Shown here: positions 19,172 through 27,635 of the stretch, piece by piece
Position numbering within the stretch: the first letter of the stretch is position 1
How the letters are laid out: every line of letters begins with the position of its first letter
Assembly (NCBI GenBank): GCA_965603105.1
Contig: CBFDBS010000001.1
Coordinates: 1-43,569, forward strand
From: an uncultured bacterium
GTDB lineage: Bacteria > Acidobacteriota > Aminicenantia > Aminicenantales > Aminicenantaceae
Length of the DNA stretch: 43,569 nt
Reading direction: 5' to 3'
Position numbers and translations under genes: made by a program
The notes under the pieces: model-generated
The model's input: only the letters and a program-made list of their open reading frames with translations
Told to the model about the DNA's origin: nothing
Database searches by the model: none

Positions 19172-20362
19172 TTAAAGACGACCTAAAATCAGAGGACGGT
19201 AAGCCGCAGGTTTTTTGGAAATCGAGAAGATATCCAGGAAGATGTTTTCCAGATCTTCCCCTATTTTCTTGCCGGGGAGATAGACCTCTCCCAGGCTTTC
19301 CTCTAAGGCCACAAAATCGCCTGTTTTTTTAAAAAAGACAATGCCGCTGTCCGGATGTTGTTCCTCCAACTTCCGCTGCAGGGTAAGCGCTTTTGTCCAG
19401 AATATTCCTTGGACATACCCGGATTGTGGAGAGGCAATCGATGTTCGCCAGAGATTTCCGAATTCAGAAGAGAGGTTGTCGAAAAGCTCAGTGGTGCCGC
19501 CCTGTTGAACAATAATTTCCTGGGCTTTTTCCTTGGCTTTTCCTGAAATGAGTAGATTTTTCAAAAAAGTTTTGATTTCGGTTGGATGAGTTTGAGGGGA
19601 GATCATCTTTAATCCTGCAGTTCCCAACTCGAGGACCAGTTTGAGAAGGTCGTACGGACCGGAGCCGTTTAACAGAGTCAGTCCCTCCCTTAGATTGAGA
19701 AATTCTCCCAGAGATCGCCCTGCCGGTTGATGGAAGTCGCTGAGGATCGATGCCGATTTGATGTGCAAATGTGCGCAAAGTTTTTGGAGTCTGCCTGCAA
19801 GTTCAAATCCCTGTTCCATCGTTTGTAAATATTTCTCCCTGCCTATCTTGATATCGAACACGGCGTGGTGTGGAGAAGATTGACACAGTATGAAAAAAAC
19901 CGTTTGAAGATAGGAGTGGAAAAAGTCTGTAGTTATCTTGGTCTTCCTCCACTCGAGATTTTCCATTTCCCTGGCGGGGAGACAAATTGCCGCTTGTCTA
20001 AGATCCAGCAAACTAGAGAATTCACGGGAAGACAGCTTCAGATTCATGCCTGTCAATCGGCTCAATCGGTCCCAAAAATGCAGCGGAGGGATCAGGACTG
20101 TCGGTGCCTTGACTCCTGCGGAAGCAATGAGGAAGGGGAGGACAAGTGCCGATGGGTCGCTGATTTGGTCGGACGAGAAAAAAACAATTCTTGGCCCGGA
20201 TTCTGTGTTTAGAGCTTTATTCCATTCGAGGAAAGACTGGAAGGCCGCTTTGGTCTTGGCCGTCGGCGAGGGAAATAGAGTGGGAAACACTTCAGGAAAA
20301 GGCCCTGGCGATAAATTTCCGGAGGGCGCTGATCGGATAGATTTGCTTTTTTTTTCCTTCAT
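19172..20362 (-). CDS. thymidine/pyrimidine-nucleoside-phosphorylase-like protein, active-site motifs degenerate
   Basis: By-eye alignment to E. coli DeoA (recalled from memory) across the alpha/beta and PYNP_C-like regions. HSTGGVGD and SGRGLGHTGGT motifs are not conserved. N-terminal helical domain is replaced by a P/S-rich segment. Confidence 0.6.
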   Translation of the reverse strand: MKEKKSKSIRSAPSGNLSPGPFPEVFPTLFPSPTAKTKAAFQSFLEWNKALNTESGPRIVFFSSDQISDPSALVLPFLIASAGVKAPTVLIPPLHFWDRLSRLTGMNLKLSSREFSSLLDLRQAAICLPAREMENLEWRKTKITTDFFHSYLQTVFFILCQSSPHHAVFDIKIGREKYLQTMEQGFELAGRLQKLCAHLHIKSASILSDFHQPAGRSLGEFLNLREGLTLLNGSGPYDLLKLVLELGTAGLKMISPQTHPTEIKTFLKNLLISGKAKEKAQEIIVQQGGTTELFDNLSSEFGNLWRTSIASPQSGYVQGIFWTKALTLQRKLEEQHPDSGIVFFKKTGDFVALEESLGEVYLPGKKIGEDLENIFLDIFSISKKPAAYRPLILGRL

Positions 20363-20445
20363 CGAGTTGAACTGGATTTCTTCTTCTCAATATGCTTTGG
20401 GGAAGATCCGGTTCTTCTGGACTGAGCGATTGGAGTCGGAAAAAA

Positions 20446-20841
20446 TTATTTGAGGGTGTCGTAGGTTTTCTGGCTGTTGTTGGTCCTGATCACCAACAGG
20501 GCCTTCCCCATTTCTGCCGATGATCCATAGCAGTAGTCGATGTCAACCACAGCGTTCCCCAGCAAAAAACCAATTTCAGCTCCGGCACCGATATGGTCGT
20601 CAATAAGGACGGTCACAACAGAATTGGATTTGACTTCGTATCCGAGAGCTTTCAGGCATTTTTCGGCTTTTTTATTGTTCGAAGTTACAACGTGAAAGAC
20701 GCCTCTGTGTTTTTCTGAATACGCCTTCAATGCTTTTAAATTGACGCCGGTCTTGGCCAGGGTTCCCAGGACACGGCCCAAAATGCCCGGCTCATTCGGT
20801 GTAATGACTTCGAGTTCGTTTTCTTTCTTAACGTTATGCAC
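20446..20841 (-). CDS. ACT domain-containing protein
   Basis: 131 aa. N-terminal ACT signature (LEVITPNEPGILGRVLGTLAKTGVNLKAL) and a second ACT-like half. No catalytic domain. Confidence 0.7.
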   Translation of the reverse strand: MHNVKKENELEVITPNEPGILGRVLGTLAKTGVNLKALKAYSEKHRGVFHVVTSNNKKAEKCLKALGYEVKSNSVVTVLIDDHIGAGAEIGFLLGNAVVDIDYCYGSSAEMGKALLVIRTNNSQKTYDTLK

Positions 20842-20914
20842 TTGCTCTCTCCTTTAGAAAGAGAATTATACCAGATATGAACTCAAAAACAAAAAGAGAA
20901 TGCCACCGGTCCAT

Positions 20915-20943
20915 TTGCGCTTCAGACCTCTGCCCTGTATAAT
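20915..20943 (+). promoter_or_regulatory. candidate sigma70 promoter for GATase1 gene (-35 TTGCGC, 17 nt, -10 TATAAT)
   Basis: Hexamers at 20915-20920 and 20938-20943, 25 nt upstream of the ATG at 20968. Confidence 0.35.
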
Positions 20944-20967
20944 GGACGCTTCGATTGGGAAAGGAAA

Positions 20968-21666
20968 ATGCCAACAAATAATCATAGAGTGGCCATCATC
21001 GATAATGCTATTGATACGCGTGTGTACGACCCAGTCAGGCATTGGCGTAAATATCTGGATATTCCGTGGCTGGCTTTCAGGCCTATGGAAGGAGAGTTCC
21101 CGGATTGGAGCGATGGTTTTTCGCATGTGATCATTACGGGCTCCGAGGCTTCGATCCTCAACAGGGATTCTTGGGTGGAAGAAGAGATACAACTTGTGAA
21201 GGAAGCTGTCAATAGAGGCCTTTCCGTTTTGGGAAGCTGCTACGGCCATCAGGTCCTGGCCATAGCTCTGGCCGGTTCTCACCATGTGAGGAAATGCGCT
21301 TCACCCGAAATAGGATGGATTCCCATCGAAATAATCCAAGACAATGAATTCCTAGGTAAAAAAAGAATCTTTTTCGCTTTTTCATCTCACTTCGATGAGG
21401 TGGCCAATCTGGGACGGGAATTCGAAGTTTTTTCTCGAACGGAACATTGTGCAATCCAGGCATTTCAGTGGAAAGGGCATTCTGTTTGGGGGCTTCAGTA
21501 TCATCCTGAAATGAATGGGAATGAAGCCCTCGAATATATCCGGAAAAGCATAAACAAGGGAGACCAAAACAGTATTCATTATAAAGCGGGTTTGAACTCG
21601 ATTCCTAAAGATTCGGGTCTCATCCACCGGATCATCCATAAATTCATTGGAGAAACAAAGGATTGA
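20968..21666 (+). CDS. class I (type 1) glutamine amidotransferase-like protein
   Basis: Nucleophile elbow GSCYGHQ and His/Glu region LQYHPE. Stand-alone GATase1 domain of 232 aa. Confidence 0.85.
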   Translation: MPTNNHRVAIIDNAIDTRVYDPVRHWRKYLDIPWLAFRPMEGEFPDWSDGFSHVIITGSEASILNRDSWVEEEIQLVKEAVNRGLSVLGSCYGHQVLAIALAGSHHVRKCASPEIGWIPIEIIQDNEFLGKKRIFFAFSSHFDEVANLGREFEVFSRTEHCAIQAFQWKGHSVWGLQYHPEMNGNEALEYIRKSINKGDQNSIHYKAGLNSIPKDSGLIHRIIHKFIGETKD

Positions 21667-21693
21667 ACCTTTTGGAGATGTATCCGATTTCCC

Positions 21694-21720
21694 TTGACAA
21701 ATTCATTTGAGTAATATAAT
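21694..21720 (+). promoter_or_regulatory. candidate promoter for PKD/beta-barrel gene (-35 TTGACA; -10 TATAAT at 15 nt or TAATTA at 17 nt)
   Basis: Perfect -35 at 21694-21699. The -10 assignment is ambiguous within an AT-rich stretch. Confidence 0.3.
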
Positions 21721-21774
21721 TAATTTATATGTAAGGTCCTCATTTTTAACATTTCCACAACTTGAGGAGGCGGA

Positions 21775-23229
21775 ATGAAAAACAAAATTTTACTCTTTTC
21801 TATCATTGGAATTTTGATGCTGTTTTCTCTGGATTCATTTGGGCAAACCAAACAGCTCAAAGAGATCGGACGGTACACACTCGTCCGGATCAAAGGCGAA
21901 GTTCCCACCTCGGAAGTCATGAAAACACTTTTGGAAACGTATGCCGGCGATATCAAGTATGGATTTGATACGGCAGGTTACGGAGATCTGTATCTTCCTT
22001 TTATCGATCAAATCAAATCGGAAACATTCACCGAAAAAGAAATGGCGATCGGAGACAAGTTCATGTGGATGCTCTTCCGTTCCCAGGGGAAAATCAAAGT
22101 CGTCGAAGACCTGGAGTGGGCGGGAGAAGCCCCTCTTCCGGTTTATTCTTTCACCGTACGTAAAGACTACAAGAATTACGAGTTTGTCATGCCCAAACCC
22201 TGCGGCAACATCTCCTTGATTAAAATTGAAGAAGTGATCCCTGATGCTGTCTGTTCAATCACGGTCACTCCGGTCAAAGCCAATATCAACGATCCTATCA
22301 ATGTCGACATGAGCGGTTCCCAGAATGCCAAATCCATGACCGTAGATGTTTTCGATTCCTCGGGATCTAAAGTTGCCACACAGACTCTCACTCCACAATC
22401 CCCCCAGTGGCAGACGAAATTCGCCCTTTCCGGAGAATACGTCTTCAAAGCCTCGGCCCTGAATATGGAGGGGAAGGCCTCGACCAATCCCTGTGAAGCG
22501 AAAACTTATATCAATTTTCCTCCGGCGTGCAATATCTGGTCAAGCTGCCTGACCTGTGATAATTATGTCGGAAAACCCATCACTTTCGATGCTTCCAATT
22601 CAACCGATCAGGACGGTGAAGTCGTCAGATCGGATTTCGAAATAACTGGTCCAGACGGAAATGTTATCGACACCTATATGGATTCCGAAAAACCTTTCTC
22701 CTGGGAGAAAATATTCGATAAGCCAGGAATCTACACGATTACGGCAGTCGTTACCGATGATTTTGGAGCCATGTCACTCCCTTGCAAGCTGGATGTGGAA
22801 GTGACACAGAAAAACTGTTTCTTTTTTGCTGAAGGAGGGCTACTGCTGGCCAGAGGAAGTCATGGTCCATATGTTGGTGCGGATGTAGGATTGTGCTGTT
22901 TTATCATTCCCGATGTGCTGGATTTTGTGATATCGGGAGGAGGAGCTTTGGCTCTCAAGGGAGAACCTTGGAAGTCCTTTTTTATGGCCAAAGCCCTGTT
23001 GAATGTGCATGCCGGACCAGCTTTCTTCGGAGCCGGTGTCGGTTTCACGACCAAAGTCAAAGAAACCAGAAAAGCGGATTTCGATTTGATCGCCAATGTT
23101 GGTGTCGAGGTGTTCAACACTATCACATCGAAGGGAGCCATCTTCTTTGAAGGCCGGGGACCGGTCGGTGAAGACGTCTCTTTTGGCAAAAATCACAAGC
23201 TCATGCTGGGTTTCAGATATCTGTTTTAA
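21775..23229 (+). CDS. secreted PKD-domain protein with C-terminal outer-membrane beta-barrel-like domain
   Basis: Signal peptide (MKNKILLFSIIGILMLFSLDSFGQ). PKD-type motif (FDASNSTDQDGEVV...YTITAVVTDDFG). Gly/aromatic-rich alternating C-terminal ~130 aa ends in GFRYLF. Strong SD (GAGGAGG). Confidence 0.75.
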   Translation: MKNKILLFSIIGILMLFSLDSFGQTKQLKEIGRYTLVRIKGEVPTSEVMKTLLETYAGDIKYGFDTAGYGDLYLPFIDQIKSETFTEKEMAIGDKFMWMLFRSQGKIKVVEDLEWAGEAPLPVYSFTVRKDYKNYEFVMPKPCGNISLIKIEEVIPDAVCSITVTPVKANINDPINVDMSGSQNAKSMTVDVFDSSGSKVATQTLTPQSPQWQTKFALSGEYVFKASALNMEGKASTNPCEAKTYINFPPACNIWSSCLTCDNYVGKPITFDASNSTDQDGEVVRSDFEITGPDGNVIDTYMDSEKPFSWEKIFDKPGIYTITAVVTDDFGAMSLPCKLDVEVTQKNCFFFAEGGLLLARGSHGPYVGADVGLCCFIIPDVLDFVISGGGALALKGEPWKSFFMAKALLNVHAGPAFFGAGVGFTTKVKETRKADFDLIANVGVEVFNTITSKGAIFFEGRGPVGEDVSFGKNHKLMLGFRYLF

Positions 23230-23256
23230 GACTAAAGTTAAAACTTGAGTGTCCTG

Positions 23257-23289
23257 AAGGCCAGGGATGTGTCCCTGGCCTTTTTTTTT
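23257..23289 (+). terminator. rho-independent terminator
   Basis: GGCCAGGGA-TGTG-TCCCTGGCC perfect 9-bp stem (23259-23280) followed by T9. Lies 28 nt after the stop at 23229. Confidence 0.75.
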
Positions 23290-23327
23290 CTGCACAATAA
23301 AATTTAAATATGCCCTGGGGAGAGAGG

Positions 23328-24185
23328 ATGAAAGTTGTTCTCATCGGTGCCGACGGTCAGTTGGGTTCTGATCTGTTTGAAAGACTCGATAAAAAGCAAA
23401 CCACTGCCCTCTATTACCCTGAATTTGACGTTACCAAGACAGAGCAGATCGAAGATACGTTTAGCCGGCTGAGTCCGACCGTTGTCATCAATACGGCTGC
23501 TTTTAACCGGGTAGACGAATGTGAAACTTCTCCGCTTGAGGCTTTCAAGGTCAATACGATAGCCGTACGAGACCTGGCTCAAGTCTGCCAGAAACTGGGA
23601 GCTGTTTTTGTTCATTTCAGTACCGATTACGTTTTCAACGGCGAAAAGAGAACTCCTTATACAGAACAGAATTCTCCTCATCCTGTCAGCGTCTATGGCC
23701 TCTCCAAGCTGGCTGGGGAAATCTTGGTCCGCAACGTTTCGAATCAATTTATTTTAATAAGAACATGCGGTCTCTACGGAAAGGCGGGATGTTGGGGGAA
23801 AGGAAGAAATTTTGTCGACGCTATCGTCGAGGCGGCTTCAAAAAACAAATCCGTGCGCGTCGTCTGTGATCAGACTGTCACTCCAACTTCGACTTCGGAG
23901 CTGGCCCAGAGAGTGTTGGAACTCATTTCCTCTAGGCAATTCGGAATCTACCATATGACGAATGAAGGACAGTGCACATGGTTCGATTTTGCCCGCAGTA
24001 TCTTCGAGCTGCTTGAAAAGGAAGTGGAGCTAATCCCGATCGATTCGGACACCTATGGGGCTCTGGCCAGAAGGCCTGCCTTTTCCGTTCTGGACAGTCA
24101 AAAGGCCGGCCGAGCTGGAATCACTCCTTTTTCCCACTGGAAAGAAGCGCTCAGAGATTACATGAAAGAAAAAGGATATATTTAG
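23328..24185 (+). CDS. rmlD: dTDP-4-dehydrorhamnose reductase
   Basis: GADGQLG Rossmann motif and YGLSKLAGE (YxxxK). Length and overall pattern match RmlD/RfbD. ATG at 23328 with a GGGGAGAGAGG SD. TAG stop. Confidence 0.9.
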   Translation: MKVVLIGADGQLGSDLFERLDKKQTTALYYPEFDVTKTEQIEDTFSRLSPTVVINTAAFNRVDECETSPLEAFKVNTIAVRDLAQVCQKLGAVFVHFSTDYVFNGEKRTPYTEQNSPHPVSVYGLSKLAGEILVRNVSNQFILIRTCGLYGKAGCWGKGRNFVDAIVEAASKNKSVRVVCDQTVTPTSTSELAQRVLELISSRQFGIYHMTNEGQCTWFDFARSIFELLEKEVELIPIDSDTYGALARRPAFSVLDSQKAGRAGITPFSHWKEALRDYMKEKGYI

Positions 24186-24248
24186 ATCGCGTGGCGGGCA
24201 AGAACCGATAGTCGAAGCTCTGAGGAATAAAAAAAGCGAAAAACCCTG

Positions 24249-24722
24249 TTAGTCTTTGGACACACAGCCTTCCAGTTTTTTGAAAAGATTCGGTGGCAGT
24301 TTGCAGACTTCTGTGTTTCTGTTGGTAACCAGATGTGTTGTGTATCCCTCCGCTATGAGGATTGATCTGTCTTCACTCAAGAGTTGATAGGCAAAACCTG
24401 ACTTTTTTGGAGTCATTTCACGCAACCGGACGCGGACGATGAAGGTATCATCATAGTGAAGAGATTTCTTGTAGCGGCAGAAAGCCTCGACGACAACCAG
24501 AAAGTACCCTTTGTCTTCTAGGCTTCGGTAGGGGACTCCCTTGCGCCGGAAGAACTCCGTCCTCCCGATTTCAAACCACTCAAAATAGTTCTTGTTATGG
24601 GCCACTCCCATCCGGTCGGTTTCGGAATAACGGACACGTACCGTTAAATCAATAGGAGTTGGAGATGAATGGGCGGAATCAGGTGAAGAATTTTCCGAGT
24701 TTGGCGAATTCTTCATTGACAT
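24249..24722 (-). CDS. acyl-CoA thioesterase, 4HBT/YbgC-like hotdog fold
   Basis: VRVRYSETDRMGVAHNKNYFEWFE motif and a hotdog-length core. Start is uncertain (ATG at 24722 or 24716); either overlaps the upstream DUF507 gene by about 40 nt. The full ORF-track start (24818) is unlikely. Confidence 0.8.
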   Translation of the reverse strand: MSMKNSPNSENSSPDSAHSSPTPIDLTVRVRYSETDRMGVAHNKNYFEWFEIGRTEFFRRKGVPYRSLEDKGYFLVVVEAFCRYKKSLHYDDTFIVRVRLREMTPKKSGFAYQLLSEDRSILIAEGYTTHLVTNRNTEVCKLPPNLFKKLEGCVSKD

Positions 24723-24969
24723 ACTTTCTGTACAGGATCTCCCATTCCCGACTTCCTTCTTTGATGCTTTTTTTCTGGGTTTCAATTTTATCGGTGGCTT
24801 TTTTATCGATGGTTTCATAAAGCTTCATCTCGTCTTCAATACTTTTGACTATTGTCAGGCGAATTTCATTGGGCTCGTCCAGAAATTCGACCTGGTCGTT
24901 TTCGAACAATCCGTCTAGGATCTGACGGGAGAGAAAATTGATTTTTTCTCTGGACAGTCGGATGCTCAC
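24679..24969 (-). CDS. DUF507-family protein (copy 2)
   Basis: 96 aa. Pattern LSREKINFLSRQILDGLFENDQVEF ... resembles DUF507. 4-nt overlap with the upstream paralog. Confidence 0.7.
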   Translation of the reverse strand: MSIRLSREKINFLSRQILDGLFENDQVEFLDEPNEIRLTIVKSIEDEMKLYETIDKKATDKIETQKKSIKEGSREWEILYRKYVNEEFAKLGKFFT

Positions 24970-25244
24970 AGGACTATATTCCTTTCTTTAGCCAATTTGT
25001 TCTTTATCATTCGAAACATCGTTTGGTATTCAATATTTTCATTCCTGATTTTTTCCAGGTGCTCGGAAAGAATCCCCCTGACCTCTTGGTCCAGCTTGTC
25101 TTCTCTCTGGAATTCCTCTGTAATGAGTTCGACAAGAATTTCGATCTGTCTGTATTTGTCCTCGATGATGATTTTTTCTTGTTTGAGCAGATCGCGGATG
25201 ATTACGAAGCTCAAGTGTTCTATCTGATTCTTATTCAATCTCAT
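24966..25244 (-). CDS. DUF507-family protein (copy 1)
   Basis: 92 aa. Pattern LNKNQIEHLSFVIIRDLLKQEKIII ... is parallel to copy 2. Confidence 0.7.
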   Translation of the reverse strand: MRLNKNQIEHLSFVIIRDLLKQEKIIIEDKYRQIEILVELITEEFQREDKLDQEVRGILSEHLEKIRNENIEYQTMFRMIKNKLAKERNIVL

Positions 25245-25464
25245 TTCCTAACTAAAATACACTACCTCAATACAAAATTCAAGGATTATGCAGAGACAAT
25301 TCAAATAAATGGATTGATCTACCCTGTAGTCTTTCCTGAATTATTCATTGTGACTTCGGGTAGAGGCTGCATTATCTGCAGCAGAGACAGATTTTGATAG
25401 GAAGGAGGAATTGCTTGGCGGGGCTTTTTTTCCTCTCGAGCCTGAATTTTAAATTTTACTCGAT

Positions 25465-25695
25465 TTATAGAGGGAATACAGAAAGCCGCCGAAACAAACG
25501 CCGAATACAAAAATCATAAAAAGGACTGTTTCTAGAGACATTTTTCTCCAATGCCATTTTCTTAGTGATGAATTTATTCAAAAGGATAAAGACCGTGAAA
25601 GCCAGAATCCATAGAAAAAGGACTGTTCCAACCGCCATCCCCAGGCCGGCGAATATGATGCCCCATTGTGAAGCGAAAACTTCCCGTTTCTCCAT
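25465..25695 (-). CDS. possible small membrane protein
   Basis: ATG lies 12 nt after the truB stop. Has a long hydrophobic stretch (WGIIFAGLGMAVGTVLFLWILAFTVFILL). No recognisable SD, no family recognised. Confidence 0.25.
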   Translation of the reverse strand: MEKREVFASQWGIIFAGLGMAVGTVLFLWILAFTVFILLNKFITKKMALEKNVSRNSPFYDFCIRRLFRRLSVFPL

Positions 25696-25707
25696 GATTC
25701 TATTACT

Positions 25708-26649
25708 TTACTTGTTTGTATTTTCAGAGTCAATAACCAAAAAGGGATGAAGACTGTTTTTCTCGATGTCCTGTCTGGCGATGGCCAACAGTCTTCCCTC
25801 TGAAGAGAAGAGCCTAAACTGATCCTCCCGAAGAGTTCCTCGTGATTCCTTCAATTCAGGGAATTCATACAGGCCAAGGATGTGTTCTTGGAAGATGGGA
25901 TTTCCGTTTCTGGCCAACCGGGAGCCGGTCTCTGTCAAAACAACTTTGGGCAGGTGAGGCAGCAAAGATTCCATGGGAATGAGAACGTCATGAATGCTTC
26001 CTTTATCCGCCTTCTGTTGAATTTCCTCGAGGTGAAGGCTTTCCTCGAGACGATAAGGATCGATCGATGTCCGCACCAATTGAATGAGATGAGCTCCACA
26101 GCCGAGCTTTTGTCCCAGGTCATGGGCCAGTGAGCGGATATAGGTTCCTGAGGAACAGCGGACGAGACAATCCAGCAGGGGAGGTTCATAATTCCTGATT
26201 TCAAATATTTGAACAAAGACTTTGCATGGTTTGGGCTCGATCTTTTGATTTTTTCTTGCCAAAACATAGAGGGGTCTCCCCTGGTATTTTTTCGCCGAGT
26301 AAAGAGGAGGAACTTGGAGGATTTCACCTACGAAGACCTTCATGGCACCAATGACAGTTTCTTTGTCTGGATAATCCTTGACTTCAGGAGCAAGGGGGCT
26401 CCCCGTGAAATCGAATGTATCGGTGGCCAAACCTAGTTTGATCTGGGTCTGGTATGTTTTATAGGCGTGGAGAAAGAGTGGAAAAAGGCGAGTCGCTTTC
26501 CCGACCGCGATGACCAACAGGCCGGTTGCCCAGGGATCCAGTGTTCCGAAGTGGCCCACCTTTTTCAACCGAACTGTTTTTCTGATCCAGGCTACCACAT
26601 CATGGGATGTCATGCGGGCGGGTTTATGAACAAGTATCAAGCCATCCAT
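25708..26649 (-). CDS. truB: tRNA pseudouridine(55) synthase
   Basis: HKPARMTSHDVV and the catalytic-Asp motif GTLDPWATGLL. PUA-like C-terminal extension. Position after rbfA/nrnA. Confidence 0.9.
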   Translation of the reverse strand: MDGLILVHKPARMTSHDVVAWIRKTVRLKKVGHFGTLDPWATGLLVIAVGKATRLFPLFLHAYKTYQTQIKLGLATDTFDFTGSPLAPEVKDYPDKETVIGAMKVFVGEILQVPPLYSAKKYQGRPLYVLARKNQKIEPKPCKVFVQIFEIRNYEPPLLDCLVRCSSGTYIRSLAHDLGQKLGCGAHLIQLVRTSIDPYRLEESLHLEEIQQKADKGSIHDVLIPMESLLPHLPKVVLTETGSRLARNGNPIFQEHILGLYEFPELKESRGTLREDQFRLFSSEGRLLAIARQDIEKNSLHPFLVIDSENTNK

Positions 26650-26660
26650 AATCGATGGTC

Positions 26661-27635
26661 TCAGCGGGCCGCTTGTTTCTTTAAGAGACGGTTCACTTCT
26701 TCAGGAATTGATTTGAGAAGATCTTCATATTTACCCTTGGCCGTAAAACCGGAGGCATGCTCATGACCTCCTCCGCCGAAATATTCAGCCACTAAGGCCG
26801 CATTCGCCATGCCTTTCGATCTCAGGCTGATTCTGAAGGTGTTCTCTTGCATTTCCTTGAAAAACAGGACCATCTGGATTCCCTTTATGGACCGGGCGAG
26901 GGTAGTGATGTCTTCGGTTTCGATCTCCTTGAGATTCAGATCTGACAAATTTTTTTTGAACATGGTTATAGTGGCGATGTTTCCTTCTTCATTCATGTTG
27001 AGTGTTGAAAGGACTTGCCCGAGAAGCTTGATTTTTTCAGGCAGATTATTATTGAAGAGCAACTCGGAGATCCTGATAGGACTGGCTCCATGTTTGATGA
27101 GTTTATAACAGACTTCGAAAGAGCGTGCTTTTGTGTTGGAGAATTGGAAGGAACCCGTATCGGAAACAATCGCGCAGTACAGATGGTCGGCGATCTGAGG
27201 AGTGAATTCGATGCCGAGGTGTTCTCCAAGCTGAAAGGCCATGCAGGCTACGGCGGCCGCATCAGGATCGACCCAGTTGATGTCGGCATAATAATCATTG
27301 GAGAAGTGATGATCGATATTTATTTTAAAAGTATCATCGATATTTTTCTGACCGGAACGGGAGACATTTGCACATTCGAGAAGGATGACTGTGTCGTAAG
27401 AGTGAGGTGGGATTTGCCCAATTTGAATGGCCTGTATGTCCGGGAGGGGATTGAAAGGAAAAGGTGTCGCATCCCTGTTGTAAATTGCCAGATCCTTTCC
27501 CAACTGTTTCCCCATGTAATAAAGGGCCAGGCTGGTGCAGATGGAATCTCCGTCCGGCCGCAAGTGGGAAGTGATGGCGATCCGCCGGCTTTCTTGAAGT
27601 CTGGTTTTTATAGCCTCAATCGGATGGGTTTTCAT
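26661..27635 (-). CDS. nrnA: DHH-family phosphoesterase (NrnA-like oligoribonuclease/pAp phosphatase)
   Basis: DHH motifs HLRPDGDSI and NIDHHFSN; DHHA1 motif GGGGHEHASG. 20-nt overlap with the rbfA end. Confidence 0.8.
   Translation of the reverse strand: MKTHPIEAIKTRLQESRRIAITSHLRPDGDSICTSLALYYMGKQLGKDLAIYNRDATPFPFNPLPDIQAIQIGQIPPHSYDTVILLECANVSRSGQKNIDDTFKINIDHHFSNDYYADINWVDPDAAAVACMAFQLGEHLGIEFTPQIADHLYCAIVSDTGSFQFSNTKARSFEVCYKLIKHGASPIRISELLFNNNLPEKIKLLGQVLSTLNMNEEGNIATITMFKKNLSDLNLKEIETEDITTLARSIKGIQMVLFFKEMQENTFRISLRSKGMANAALVAEYFGGGGHEHASGFTAKGKYEDLLKSIPEEVNRLLKKQAAR

Noticed and set aside
25319-25510. 63-aa ORF overlapping the small membrane ORF downstream of truB; possible frameshifted gene or rpsO remnant.
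   Set aside because: The translation bears no resemblance to ribosomal protein S15 or to the neighbouring ORF, and no SD is present. The region 25245-25464 more likely holds the promoter or leader of the DUF507 operon.
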